A stretch of DNA of 64,000 bases. It comes from Candidatus Bathyarchaeota archaeon (GTDB lineage: Archaea > Thermoproteota > Bathyarchaeia > Bathyarchaeales > Bathycorpusculaceae). The stretch spans positions 992,001-1,056,000 of the forward strand of contig CAWEPZ010000011.1 of assembly GCA_963811105.1 (NCBI GenBank), given 5' to 3'. Position numbers and translations under genes: made by a program. Shown piece by piece: positions 41,670 to 51,920 of the stretch (position 1 is its first letter; every line of letters begins with the position of its first letter). The notes below the pieces were generated by a model. The model made no database searches, was not told the origin of the DNA, and worked only from the letters and a program-made list of their open reading frames with translations.

Positions 41670-43163
41670 GTGATAATCGTCCCATTTGATAATAAAGAAG
41701 AATTTGAGAGCGATGTGATAGTGGTGGGTGCCGGACCAGCAGGCTCCGCTGCTGCATACTACTTTGCATCCGCAGGTTACGATGTAACTTTAGTTGATAA
41801 ACAGAAATTTCCACGCGATAAGGTATGCGGCGACTTTGTTAGTCCTGTAGCACAAAATGAACTCACCAAACTCGGAATTACAAATTTTCCAGAATTCAAA
41901 AATTCAAACGCAATAAGCAGAGCTTCAGTTTATCTGGATGGTAACAAACTAATTTCCAGATCTGTACCAAAGCTTCAAGGTCTCCCTAGATACGGTCGTG
42001 TAATTCCTCGCATCATTTTGGATAAAATGCTTTTAGACTCAGCATGCAAAGAAGGGGCGACTTTCTTAGAGGGACTCAAAGCCGTAAGTATGAAGATAAA
42101 GCGCAAAGGCGTGGAGTTAAGATTAGAGGGGCCTTCAGGGAAAAGAATCTTAAAAGCTCGTCTGTTAATAGGCGCAGACGGCAGCAACTCAACCATCGCC
42201 AAACTAGTCAGAGGTCACGCACCTTCGAGTGCAGATAGAATAATTGCCATACGCGGATATTTCGAAGGTGTAGAAGGACCTGCAAATCAAGCTGACCTGC
42301 ACTTTAATAAAGAAAGTTTTCCGGGTTACTGTTGGCTTTTCCCAACCGGCAAAACTCAAGCTAACGTAGGAGTTGGCATTGTCTTAGACACCATACCTTC
42401 AGGGAATCGCCTAAAAGAGCTTCTTAGCAACCTCATCAAAAACGACCAAGCGTTATATAAACGCCTCAGAAACGCTAAATTAATTGGGCAAATAAAAGGT
42501 TGGCCTCTATCAACGTATAACGCAAACCAGCCATTGGTTGACAATCGAGTTATGCTTGTAGGCGACGCAGCAGGTTTGGTGAATCCTTTGAACGGTGAAG
42601 GAATTCAATATGCACTCCTCAGCGGCAGATGGGCCTCCGAAGTTGCGATCTCTTCGATAATAGTGAACGATTTTTCCAAAGAAGCTTTGTCGGCATACCC
42701 ACATATCGTTGAGAAAGAACTTTTCTACGGCATGTCAGTTGCAAGTCTAATCGTTCAATTAATTCGAAATCGAATCTTCAACCCATTTTGGCTTCGTTCA
42801 TTGGAACTCATGGCAGAACGTTCACGAGTGGACCCCAGCTATGCTGACATAGTTGGAGGCATTCTAATGGGAACCGTTCCCCAAAGCGAATCAACCAACT
42901 TAGAAGTCGCGCGAGGAACAATTGAACAAGCCATGTTATCAACAGGGCTGACAAATCTGCTTGAAACAATTCAGGATCCAAATGCCATGGCAAAAGCCAC
43001 AATAGAAACTCTGCAAACAGGCTTTGAGATTTCACTCCAAGCAATGCAGAATCCATCGGCCTTTATCAATTGGGCCATTAAATCCACGACAAGCGCAATA
43101 AACTTCGCAATCGCATCGTCATTCAATTACTCAGAAAACGCCGAAAAAACGTCATCGAACTAA
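41670..43163 (+). CDS. Geranylgeranyl reductase-family FAD oxidoreductase with C-terminal extension
   Basis: VVGAGPAG, FPRDKVCG, IGADG, GYCWLFP and LVGDAAG..NPLNGEGI motifs. Confidence 0.88.
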   Translation: MIIVPFDNKEEFESDVIVVGAGPAGSAAAYYFASAGYDVTLVDKQKFPRDKVCGDFVSPVAQNELTKLGITNFPEFKNSNAISRASVYLDGNKLISRSVPKLQGLPRYGRVIPRIILDKMLLDSACKEGATFLEGLKAVSMKIKRKGVELRLEGPSGKRILKARLLIGADGSNSTIAKLVRGHAPSSADRIIAIRGYFEGVEGPANQADLHFNKESFPGYCWLFPTGKTQANVGVGIVLDTIPSGNRLKELLSNLIKNDQALYKRLRNAKLIGQIKGWPLSTYNANQPLVDNRVMLVGDAAGLVNPLNGEGIQYALLSGRWASEVAISSIIVNDFSKEALSAYPHIVEKELFYGMSVASLIVQLIRNRIFNPFWLRSLELMAERSRVDPSYADIVGGILMGTVPQSESTNLEVARGTIEQAMLSTGLTNLLETIQDPNAMAKATIETLQTGFEISLQAMQNPSAFINWAIKSTTSAINFAIASSFNYSENAEKTSSN

Positions 43164-43240
43164 CTTATTCTTGCCACAGTAACCCTAACTAGACAAAGGT
43201 TATCTATGAATATTGAGTAACATGAAGGGGATGTCACCGC

Positions 43241-44266
43241 TTGAGCGAATCAGCCCTATCCGCGATGAAGAAAAAAGTCGCCATTCGGATGCAGTATTAC
43301 CTTAAGCGGAACTTTGGATCAAAAACGTTAGCATACGACCTGTTGGCTGACTATCCAACTAGACCAGGAAAAGGTATCCGCCCACTTCTGTGTCTTGCAG
43401 CTGCGGCATCAGTGGGTGGCGACTACAATACTGCAATAGACACAGCGACGGCGATTGAGCTTCTTCATAATTCGTTTCTCATTAAAGATGACATTGTTGA
43501 TCAGTCTATTTACCGAAGAGGTGACCTTACTCTAAACAGAAAGTACGGTCTTGCTTTGGCAGCGAATGCTGGAGACGCGGTAAAAATCCTTGCAATGTCT
43601 CCTCTTGTAGATAACTTGGCTTCGATAGGCGTTAGGAAATCTTTGCAAATCATTATGGAAATACAGGAGACAGCACGTCGAAGCGTGGAAGGACAGATAA
43701 CAGAACTGACTTTTGTCAAAGAAAACCGGATTGATTTGAAGCCCAAAGACTATTATTACATTTGCGAAAACAAAACATGCTGGTACACAATCATTACACC
43801 TTGCAGAACTGGAATAATCATAGGTCTAGATGAAGCAACTCCACAACAATTAGACGCCATCACAAGATATGCTCGCTACACGGGAATAGCATTCCAGATA
43901 ACCGATGACACGCTGAACCTAACTGCAACACAAGCCCTTTACGGCAAAGAAATCGATGGTGATATTTTAGAGGGAAAACGAACCCTCATCCTTATTCACA
44001 CTCTCAACTCATGCAATCCTGAAGAGAAAGAACGAATTCGAAAAATACTGCAAACACCTCGAGAAGACAAAACGGAAGTGGATGTAAATTACATTAAAGA
44101 TCTCATGCAAAAATACGAAGCCATAAAATATGCTAGAAATATAGCAAAGCAATTCGCAACCAAAGCAAGGAACGTTTTGCTAAATGAATGCGACTGGATG
44201 ATTGAGAAAAAATGGAAAAACTTCTTCCTTGAACAAACCAACTACCTTGTTCAGCGGAAAAAATAA
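43241..44266 (+). CDS. Polyprenyl diphosphate synthase family protein
   Basis: GKGIRP, FARM DDIVD..YRRG, GQ..E, KT..Y, AFQITDDTLN (SARM variant) and GKE..GDI.EGK motifs. Confidence 0.9.
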   Translation: MSESALSAMKKKVAIRMQYYLKRNFGSKTLAYDLLADYPTRPGKGIRPLLCLAAAASVGGDYNTAIDTATAIELLHNSFLIKDDIVDQSIYRRGDLTLNRKYGLALAANAGDAVKILAMSPLVDNLASIGVRKSLQIIMEIQETARRSVEGQITELTFVKENRIDLKPKDYYYICENKTCWYTIITPCRTGIIIGLDEATPQQLDAITRYARYTGIAFQITDDTLNLTATQALYGKEIDGDILEGKRTLILIHTLNSCNPEEKERIRKILQTPREDKTEVDVNYIKDLMQKYEAIKYARNIAKQFATKARNVLLNECDWMIEKKWKNFFLEQTNYLVQRKK

Positions 44267-44284
44267 ATACAACTAACAGAGAGA

Positions 44285-44716
44285 ATGGAGGTGGAGATAA
44301 AAGTGAGCCACCAAACAACCCAAAAAACAAGTGAAAAGCCCAAACGTGCGTCAAAGGCAAGCGCCAAAATAGTAATGCCTAACCCAAAAACCGTTCAGAA
44401 AGCTATAGACCAAATCGTTTCCACACTAAACAATCCTGAGACGAAAGACCAACTAACCAAGTTAACCCAGGCTTCAGTTAACAACACCGTTCAGACAGCT
44501 CAAAGACTAGGGAAAGTAACCGCCCGTATGAGCAAACTGGACAACGAAGAAATGACCGAACTTGTAAGCAACTCCGTTGCTGACATGATGCGCCTTTACA
44601 TTCAGTTCAATACAGAGCTCTTGACACTTGTACAAAAAGTTTCCAACAGAGCAGTTGATATTATAGAAAAAGCCGCTCTCAGTACTGAAGAGGCTAATGC
44701 TGAGCAGTCGTCCTAA
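44285..44716 (+). CDS. Hypothetical helical protein
   Basis: 143-aa ORF in the operon; its stop overlaps the next ATG (taatg). Confidence 0.65.
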   Translation: MEVEIKVSHQTTQKTSEKPKRASKASAKIVMPNPKTVQKAIDQIVSTLNNPETKDQLTKLTQASVNNTVQTAQRLGKVTARMSKLDNEEMTELVSNSVADMMRLYIQFNTELLTLVQKVSNRAVDIIEKAALSTEEANAEQSS

Positions 44717-45843
44717 TGACTTTATACCGTGTAGAAGACACGGCTAGCGTCGATGCTTTTACTCTGCCCTCAATCTTCGACACAAAAGCCAGTTTATACC
44801 AGGAATGGCATGACTTCGTATTTTTTGACCGAAAAAAAAGAATATTCTGTCTACTAAACTTTGGATTGCACGGCAACCCTTATGATTCAAAACGAGGTTG
44901 GGGTTCTGTCTTATCATACATCGTTGACCCAACTGGAAAGATATTTGCTGAAATAAAGCTAATACCCATAAGTCACCTCGAGGTTTCATCTTACAACCCA
45001 AACTTTATTGGTGATAAGTTCTCTGTCAATTTGCTAAAAGACAATTCTTTTGAAGTTACAGGGCAAATGCAGCAAACTTCATTTCACCTAAATTTCAAGG
45101 TTGCACAGCCTCCGGTAACGGATCAAGATATCTTTATTGATGTACTCAAAGAGCAAGATCCTAAAGCAAAGATGCTTCTGGCTGCCCAAGAAATGAATCG
45201 CCAATGGGAAAACTGGGTGGAACTACCCAGATTACTTGTCAAAGGAAAACTAGAAATCGACAAAAAAACCTATTCAATTAATACTAACCAAGGATATCAA
45301 GACCACGAAGGCGGTTGTTTCGACTTAGGAACAACTTGGGGTTGGGATACTGGCGTTATCTTTTGTGACCTCAATGCTGTCAACGAGCCGGAGAGAGTGG
45401 ACTTTCTAATTTACCGATATGGTCCCTCAAAGGATCTTTCATACGGTGGCATCTTTCTTGAAACCAAGAGTGGAAAGAAACAATTCTTTGATAACACAGA
45501 TATGCAGATTACTTCAAAAGGGAAGTACGATGGCAATCTGAGCATTATGCCAGCAATTACACAAATACTTTATCCAAATTATCATCCAGCAATACCAAAG
45601 AACACTACGTTTACTGCAACCAAAGGTTCAGATAAACTTGAAATTACCTTCACACCTAAAGCTGTGTGTAGCATAGTCAACGCGAGCCACATCAGTCCTT
45701 CAGAAGTTGTATTCAACGAAATGTTCTGTGAAGTAAACCTCCGTGGAAGAATTGAAGGCAACACATATGATAGTAGTCTTCCCTGTTGGTTTGAATCGGT
45801 TCGACCGCGAAAGAGGGCTTATGACTATGCAATTGACGCTTGA
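44716..45843 (+). CDS. Hypothetical protein, AttH/CrtC/tocopherol-cyclase-like double beta-barrel (inferred)
   Basis: YQEWHDF near the N-terminus, W...PR..VKG.L...GYQDH.G...WGWD. This pattern resembles the EW...GY.DH..G..W.W signature of CrtC/tocopherol-cyclase/AttH folds. Confidence 0.55.
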   Translation: MTLYRVEDTASVDAFTLPSIFDTKASLYQEWHDFVFFDRKKRIFCLLNFGLHGNPYDSKRGWGSVLSYIVDPTGKIFAEIKLIPISHLEVSSYNPNFIGDKFSVNLLKDNSFEVTGQMQQTSFHLNFKVAQPPVTDQDIFIDVLKEQDPKAKMLLAAQEMNRQWENWVELPRLLVKGKLEIDKKTYSINTNQGYQDHEGGCFDLGTTWGWDTGVIFCDLNAVNEPERVDFLIYRYGPSKDLSYGGIFLETKSGKKQFFDNTDMQITSKGKYDGNLSIMPAITQILYPNYHPAIPKNTTFTATKGSDKLEITFTPKAVCSIVNASHISPSEVVFNEMFCEVNLRGRIEGNTYDSSLPCWFESVRPRKRAYDYAIDA

Positions 45844-46225
45844 ACTGTTTCTTAAAGAACTAATAGCATTAATGAAACAAGACTACCCGCAGCATCTTCA
45901 AAAAATGATTATGAATACTCAGGGGTTAACTTGGCATCAAACTCTAGACAATGAAAATACGATAATTCAAGTCACAGCTGATGATATTGTTATCAGCGAA
46001 AAAGTTAAGCCCAAAAAAATTGATGTTCGAGTAAGCCTTTCGAGAAAATGCCTGTTTGATCTTCTTGAAGGTAGAATAACTCTTGACAAAGCACTTCAAA
46101 CAAAGAAAATTGAAGTCTTTGGAGAACCCGCAACATTGCTAAAATGCTACAGAATTTTTGAGCAGATTCTCCTACTTTCAAGAATGTCACCTCGCTTCTA
46201 CTTCTTAACTTACAGACTACGTTAG
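45821..46225 (+). CDS. SCP2 sterol-carrier-like lipid-binding protein
   Basis: DVRVSLS...LFDLLEGRITLDKALQTKKIEVFGE matches the SCP2 C-terminal pattern. Confidence 0.7.
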   Translation: MTMQLTLELFLKELIALMKQDYPQHLQKMIMNTQGLTWHQTLDNENTIIQVTADDIVISEKVKPKKIDVRVSLSRKCLFDLLEGRITLDKALQTKKIEVFGEPATLLKCYRIFEQILLLSRMSPRFYFLTYRLR

Positions 46226-46328
46226 TATCATTAAAGCGACATACAGTTTCCACTGTTCTCTGCAGACCAATCAAACCTACAAAAACGATAAATAACAATA
46301 CATCGTAAATAGAAACGGGGTCAAGTAA

Positions 46329-47516
46329 TTGAGCAAAAGCTCGAGAACCAAAAAAGTTTTAAATGAAAATATTTCCAAAACGACTGCTCCTGCAGTTACA
46401 TCAAAAGACCAAAAAATCTGTATTCCCATTCCAAATATTGAAACCCAAAAAGTCTGTTTAAATTTACCAAAAATAGATGTAGAAACAGAAAAAGTCTGTT
46501 TTGATTTACCTAAAATACCATCAAAAGGCTGCGATTGCCCTCCGCCCGTGATGCGCTGCCGACCCAGAGAAGAAAAAGTTACGACCCGCGCCGTGATACC
46601 AAAATCAGAAATTGCTTCAAGCATCGGCGGGCCTCTCTCTATTGCTGAGATAGAAATTGGGGAAATTTCGATTCCAGATCTTAGATTGAAAAATTTTAGC
46701 GGGAACTTCAAATACGATTCATGTAAAGCAAAAAACGTAGAGTTAGAAATCACCTTATCCATTAGCACAACTTTTTCAGGGAACATTGATCTGCCCTGGC
46801 CGCTCTGCTGGTCTGACTTTTGCTATGGCGTATCAGGCGGAGTGAATTTTGATTCCTACGTTGAGAAACATTCTTTAGGAGATGTTGTATTTGGCGCAGG
46901 CCAATTTTCAATGGTTTCTACCTCAACTACTATTGGTCCATTCTCAATGACACCTAACCCAATAAGAGAAACTAAAATCGACCAAGTTACCGCCGACAAT
47001 ATCCAAATGAAATGCACAAGTATTCCCCTTGAGACTCCTCTGGGAATCAATATCGGACTCTGCCTACCCATACCAAATCCCATGGGTCCAAACGACATCG
47101 CAACGGATCAAACAACTATCGATGAAATGGATTCAACCGGAATATCAAGCCCACAAGCATCAATGAAAAACATAAGTGCCTTAAACGTGACAATTCCATC
47201 AGTCACTACCCAAGCATTCGAGGCGCAATCTAACACCGCATTGCCAATATCAACGTCCAAAAAAATGTATGGATCAGGAGTAACCCTAAACGGCGACGCA
47301 GATAAAGCTCATATTGACGGCAACTTAACTCTTAATATTTCCAAAATAATAATGAGGGTCAAAGGCGGCTTGGAATTTACAAACCTAAACGGTTCAGTTG
47401 CAACCGATTCCGCAATTGCAGATAAACTTGACTTAAGCTTGGTCTTAAAAGGAATCAAAATCAAGGGACTAAATCTATGTGGAATGAAAATTCCAGAGAT
47501 AGAGGTGGTAATGTAG
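46329..47516 (+). CDS. Hypothetical beta-rich protein with N-terminal Cys-containing repeats
   Basis: 395-aa ORF containing KICIPIPNI / KVCLNLPKI / KVCFDLPKI repeats; no recognised family. Confidence 0.7.
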   Translation: MSKSSRTKKVLNENISKTTAPAVTSKDQKICIPIPNIETQKVCLNLPKIDVETEKVCFDLPKIPSKGCDCPPPVMRCRPREEKVTTRAVIPKSEIASSIGGPLSIAEIEIGEISIPDLRLKNFSGNFKYDSCKAKNVELEITLSISTTFSGNIDLPWPLCWSDFCYGVSGGVNFDSYVEKHSLGDVVFGAGQFSMVSTSTTIGPFSMTPNPIRETKIDQVTADNIQMKCTSIPLETPLGINIGLCLPIPNPMGPNDIATDQTTIDEMDSTGISSPQASMKNISALNVTIPSVTTQAFEAQSNTALPISTSKKMYGSGVTLNGDADKAHIDGNLTLNISKIIMRVKGGLEFTNLNGSVATDSAIADKLDLSLVLKGIKIKGLNLCGMKIPEIEVVM

Positions 47517-47801
47517 ATGAGCAGAAGTCTAAGTAGCAGTAAACCTAAGCTCAAGATTGAGGAAATCGCAAAAAGAGAAAGAATAATGAAATCTGTAATG
47601 GACCAGAAAAGAACTGGAAAAATTGATATAAAAGCCACATTCGATTTGATACATCTTAGCGTCTACCCGCTTCTAGAGAACCGAGAGATAGTAGAAGACG
47701 ACATGAAGAAACTCAAAACGACACTTGACGAAGCCGCCTGCCAAATCTGTGAGATAATCGAGAAATCAAAAAGAAAGACTTCAAGCAATACTCCACAATA
47801 G
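47517..47801 (+). CDS. Hypothetical protein
   Basis: Begins immediately after the 47516 stop (tagatg). Confidence 0.6.
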   Translation: MSRSLSSSKPKLKIEEIAKRERIMKSVMDQKRTGKIDIKATFDLIHLSVYPLLENREIVEDDMKKLKTTLDEAACQICEIIEKSKRKTSSNTPQ

Positions 47802-48354
47802 CTTAAAGAAACTCGCGGCAACTTCTTGCCGTGTCATTTTCTTTTGCTCCCAAGAATAGGCCAATTCTATTACCAAAATGACGATGGATCGTTTTAACGC
47901 TAAATTTGAGGGGTTTTCAAAATGCTTCTTGAAACAGGTTTGAGTCTTCAGTTTTAAATTGTCTTAAATGGAACACAAGTAGTGCTATTTGTAACAGAAA
48001 AGTCACAATATTTAAGAATTAGATTCCACAATCCCATATTTACAGGCTGGGGAGCACGCTTTAAGATGTGCGTTGAGGCACGGAGCGTATCAATTAAAAC
48101 AGCTGAAAATTGGTATGCGACTAAGACCTTACCTCCACGGGCTGGCCATAACAAGCGTTGCCGCGAGGCTATGAGCTATATGGTCAAAGCGGTTAAAGAC
48201 CATGTGGTGATTATGACATTGCCTCGATGGACCGTGGACGCATTTAAGGCTTAGACTCAGCCTGCTCTCACTAATTTATAACGAATTTCCAGTCCTTGCA
48301 AGCAAGCCCTAAATCATTTTTCTTTCATAAAAATAGGGATAAAATGAGTTGAGT

Positions 48355-48798
48355 TTATTCTTGTATTATTTCGTAGGATGTTGTGATTTCTGCTGTCTTC
48401 TTTAGCATTGCTCCAACTGAACAATATTTGTAGTGTGAGAGTTGAATTGCTCTTTCAACAGCTTCTTTGCTAATGTTTTTTCCTTTGACGATGTACTTTA
48501 TGTGGATTTTGGTGAAAACTTCCGGCGGCTCCTCGCTCCTTTCAGCTTCAGTCTCAACACTGTAGCCTGTTATGTTTTGTCTTTTCTTTTTCAGAATGGT
48601 AACGACATCAAAACTGGTGCATCCAGCTAAAGAGGCTAAGACTGTTTCCATAGGTGTCGGAGCAGAGTCTTCTCCCCCATATTTTGAAGGCGCATCGAAA
48701 TTTACCGTCAGGCCTCTCTCAGTTTTTGCTTCAAAACGAAAGTTCCCTTTCCAATTCAAAACAATCTTCTTTTTGTTATCAGACATACCTTGTACCAT
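48355..48798 (-). CDS. OsmC family protein
   Basis: PTPME..LASLAGC...SHYKYCSV, with the two conserved Cys. Confidence 0.88.
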   Translation of the reverse strand: MVQGMSDNKKKIVLNWKGNFRFEAKTERGLTVNFDAPSKYGGEDSAPTPMETVLASLAGCTSFDVVTILKKKRQNITGYSVETEAERSEEPPEVFTKIHIKYIVKGKNISKEAVERAIQLSHYKYCSVGAMLKKTAEITTSYEIIQE

Positions 48799-48899
48799 GA
48801 AATTTGGCGCTAAAAAATCTTGCTAAGTTAAAAACTATAGATAAACGCGAGAGACATAATCAATTTGACTCAACCAAAGAAAGAACCCAATTGAGCTTG

Positions 48900-49539
48900 T
48901 TTAATTCTTGACTTGTCCTCGGCTTTTTTGAGTTTCAGATAACAACCAAAGTTTCTCAAGCAAGTACAAATAGTTCTCAGAGGTATAACCGTGAAAGTGA
49001 TAATTAAAGAAAACATAAACCTTCTTCACGGACTTACTCACTTCCTGAACTTTTGGAACCCAATACAGTCTCTATAGTTCCCTCCCTTTCTGCAATGCGC
49101 ATATCATGATAATCCGATGAAACCACAATATTCTCACCTCTGCCATGCCATCACCGAAAATAAGCAAAATCTTCAAATCACAATCACGCTTCGGCGGCAA
49201 CTGAATTAAAAAACAACTCAGTTTCCCACCCAACTGCAGAGGGCGCATCAAATCAAAATAAGCGTTCAAATCAGCCTTAACATCACTCTTCAAACCAAAA
49301 TCCTTATCATGAGTTATCAGTTTGGACAATTTTGCTACAAAAAAAATCGGAAGAAGAATACTTTAACCAGTCCATAACTGCCTTTGGAAGGGAAACGGCA
49401 GAATGTTGAGTTATTTCACTATTTTAAAACACTTGAATATGCTCGAAGCTTCTTCTTTTCACCATTGCGGCAGAACGGGTCATTCCCACTCATTATAGCT
49501 CCAGCCGGAGATACCAAGATGAATGTTGGAGTTGCTCAT
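48900..49539 (-). pseudogene. Degenerate DUF72-family gene
   Basis: MSNSNIHLGISGWSYNEW start, NSTF, KLITH, L..GGKL...LIQLPP and KVYVFFN.HFHGY fragments spread over several frames. The 3' end is approximate. Confidence 0.65.
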
Positions 49540-49583
49540 TGTTGAACCTCAAGGTATTTGGTTGCTTCCAGAGGCAGAGTTTT

Positions 49584-50138
49584 TCATTTGTAAAGTTCTT
49601 TTCCTATGTCCCATGCTTTGGCGATCTTGTTTCCTAGACTCCAGTAACTTCGGTCATTCATGACAAACAAGATAGGCTTCACTTTGCCAAAATCTACGGA
49701 ACCTCCGCTGAGAACTTCGTTATCACAAAAAGTGTTGACTATCTTGCCTACGAATACATCATGGCTTGGGAAATCAACAGTCTTTATTAATTCACATTCC
49801 ATGTTTATTGCGCATTCCTCAATCATCGGGGCAGTTTTCAGTTTTCCAAAAAAAGTCTTAAACAACGATGCCTTATCCTCTGATTTTCCTGAAATCAAGC
49901 CACAGTAATCAGTCTTCTTAATCGTCTTCTCTGAAGGAATATTAACGCTGAAAGTGCCATTTGCCTTTATTCCAGCATTAGTATAATGAATTTTACTCAT
50001 CCCTAGAGAAACTGAACCCATATCCATTATACCTACATGCGCGATTGGAAGGTAGTTAGGTTTGCCATTTACCAAAGCGCCAACCAACGTTGTAGGCATC
50101 GGATAGAGACAATTTTTAGGTCCAATGTCTATTTTCAT
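49584..50138 (-). CDS. Flavin reductase-like (flavoredoxin) protein
   Basis: YPMP..LV, GKPN, FSVNIP, CG..SG...DK, APMI.EC...EC and H..FVG motifs. Confidence 0.88.
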   Translation of the reverse strand: MKIDIGPKNCLYPMPTTLVGALVNGKPNYLPIAHVGIMDMGSVSLGMSKIHYTNAGIKANGTFSVNIPSEKTIKKTDYCGLISGKSEDKASLFKTFFGKLKTAPMIEECAINMECELIKTVDFPSHDVFVGKIVNTFCDNEVLSGGSVDFGKVKPILFVMNDRSYWSLGNKIAKAWDIGKELYK

Positions 50139-50219
50139 TTTTCGAACCCTACCGTTATCAAACTATTACTCTTCGGCATCAATTAAAGTTTCAATAATTG
50201 AATAGCGTGAAACCTATTC

Positions 50220-51146
50220 TCACAACGCAGCTTTCATAGATCCTATAACTTCTTCCACTGAAGAGTAGGTCCTCTCAGGAATCTTCTCTAACAACACTGA
50301 TAGATGCACCCTCTTCTCAGATGTTAAGTCAACAACTTTCCAGCCTTGATCACTAATCAGTGACTGCTTTGAAGAAGGAAAAACGGCATCCTCAGAAAGA
50401 ACCGCCCTGGCAGAATCTAAACCAGTGTAAGCTGTAACTGGAAGGAAATTTCCTGTTTTCTTGTACTGTGCAAACCTAAGCGCGTCAGTGCTCATTCGTA
50501 AGCCGTGATAAGACATAGCAACAACTTTCGCTTTGCTTTCTGAGGCGTTCTTATCGATTTCCCTTAATTCTTCGTCGGTGAATTGGTATATGTTATGTTT
50601 GCCCTTGCCAAAAAGCCTCGAGTACCCAACATCCGACCAGTCAGCGGGCTTAACAGTTGAAATATCTACACAATGAATAATGTTAAAATCCCTCGTCAAA
50701 TCAATAGCTTGCTCAGTTATGGGAGCGCGTATTTCCCAAACAAGCCGAACTCCATTCAGATTGGCAGAAGCAAAAAAATCCCTCGCAGATCTCATTGCGA
50801 TTTCGTCAAGGACATAGCTCGCGGGTGTTTCTAAAACAAGAAAAGGCGAATCCAAAAGCCTGCAGTAAGTCACCATTTGACCGAGCACCCCATAAGCCTC
50901 ATCGATGGGTTTTAAGCCTATTTTGTGGGTTAAGTCTTGGTGGCAACGAACCGAAAAAGTAAAATCTGAAGGCACAGTTTTCCGCCAGTTTTCAACTTGC
51001 CGAATATTTGGATACTCATAAAATGTGTAGTTGACTTCTACAAAATTGAATGCTTCAGAGTAAGCTTTCAATGATGGTTTGTTTGGAACTTTGAAATAAG
51101 CCCAACCGCCAGTGCCAACCAGATAATCAGGCAAATAAATACCCAA
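50220..51146 (-). CDS. DUF72-domain protein with small C-terminal extension
   Basis: VGTGGW.Y, F.FVEVNYTFY..P, W...P..F.FSV, LTH, WEIR and Y.RL.G motifs. Confidence 0.8.
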   Translation of the reverse strand: MGIYLPDYLVGTGGWAYFKVPNKPSLKAYSEAFNFVEVNYTFYEYPNIRQVENWRKTVPSDFTFSVRCHQDLTHKIGLKPIDEAYGVLGQMVTYCRLLDSPFLVLETPASYVLDEIAMRSARDFFASANLNGVRLVWEIRAPITEQAIDLTRDFNIIHCVDISTVKPADWSDVGYSRLFGKGKHNIYQFTDEELREIDKNASESKAKVVAMSYHGLRMSTDALRFAQYKKTGNFLPVTAYTGLDSARAVLSEDAVFPSSKQSLISDQGWKVVDLTSEKRVHLSVLLEKIPERTYSSVEEVIGSMKAAL

Positions 51147-51328
51147 ATTATTATTCTACAACTAAATTAATTAGATTAATCAAAAAAAATAAATCTCCCA
51201 GCTACACCTACTCTTTTCAGCGTTCGAAAGAACTGACAGAACTTTCTTCTCCGCGTTTTCATCTACTTCCAAGTTTTTGATACGCTTCTTAAATTCGCCG
51301 AGCATATGATAATCTTCTGAAAGCAATC

Positions 51329-51670
51329 TTATTCGTCTTTTAGAATTTCAACCATTATCTTCCCATTTTCGATCTTACATCGATAACTATCCAGCTTCAC
51401 TTGGGGAATTTCTTGGTATTGCCCATTTCGCACATCGAATTTCCAACCATGACATGGACACATAACAACGTAGCCTGTAAGGATGCCACCCTGCAATTCG
51501 CAGCTCTGATGAGGACAACGATTTGAAACCCCAAAAATTTCGCCGCCTTGCCGCACTAACAAAATCGACCTACCTTTTACACGAACAGCCTTCATATGAC
51601 TTTCACTGAGATCACTCTCTTTTACGGAGGACACAAAACTATCTTTGCTCGTCATAACATCATCCTTCAT
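51329..51670 (-). CDS. Rieske [2Fe-2S] ferredoxin
   Basis: CPH...CPCHGWKFD (CxH / CxxH). Confidence 0.9.
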   Translation of the reverse strand: MKDDVMTSKDSFVSSVKESDLSESHMKAVRVKGRSILLVRQGGEIFGVSNRCPHQSCELQGGILTGYVVMCPCHGWKFDVRNGQYQEIPQVKLDSYRCKIENGKIMVEILKDE

Positions 51671-51920
51671 TAATTTTATTTCTTATGATCTTCAATACAG
51701 GAGATAGCAACAATTATTTCTTACTCTTATTTCACATTTATCCTAAACTTTTTCTTACCTAAGTATTTATCAACTTCAGGTGTGCTACAAATATTTCCGA
51801 ATAGTCTCTCACGTGACTCTTCGAATGAGCGGCAAAACAAAATGACATAGCGTGTACTGCTTATCTAAATAAGTAAACATTAAATTCTTGAAAAAAATAT
51901 CATATAATAGGCGAATTTTT

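Noticed and set aside
47954-48254. 90-aa ORF after the isoprenoid cluster
   Set aside because: Weak start and no family signal; possibly a gene fragment.
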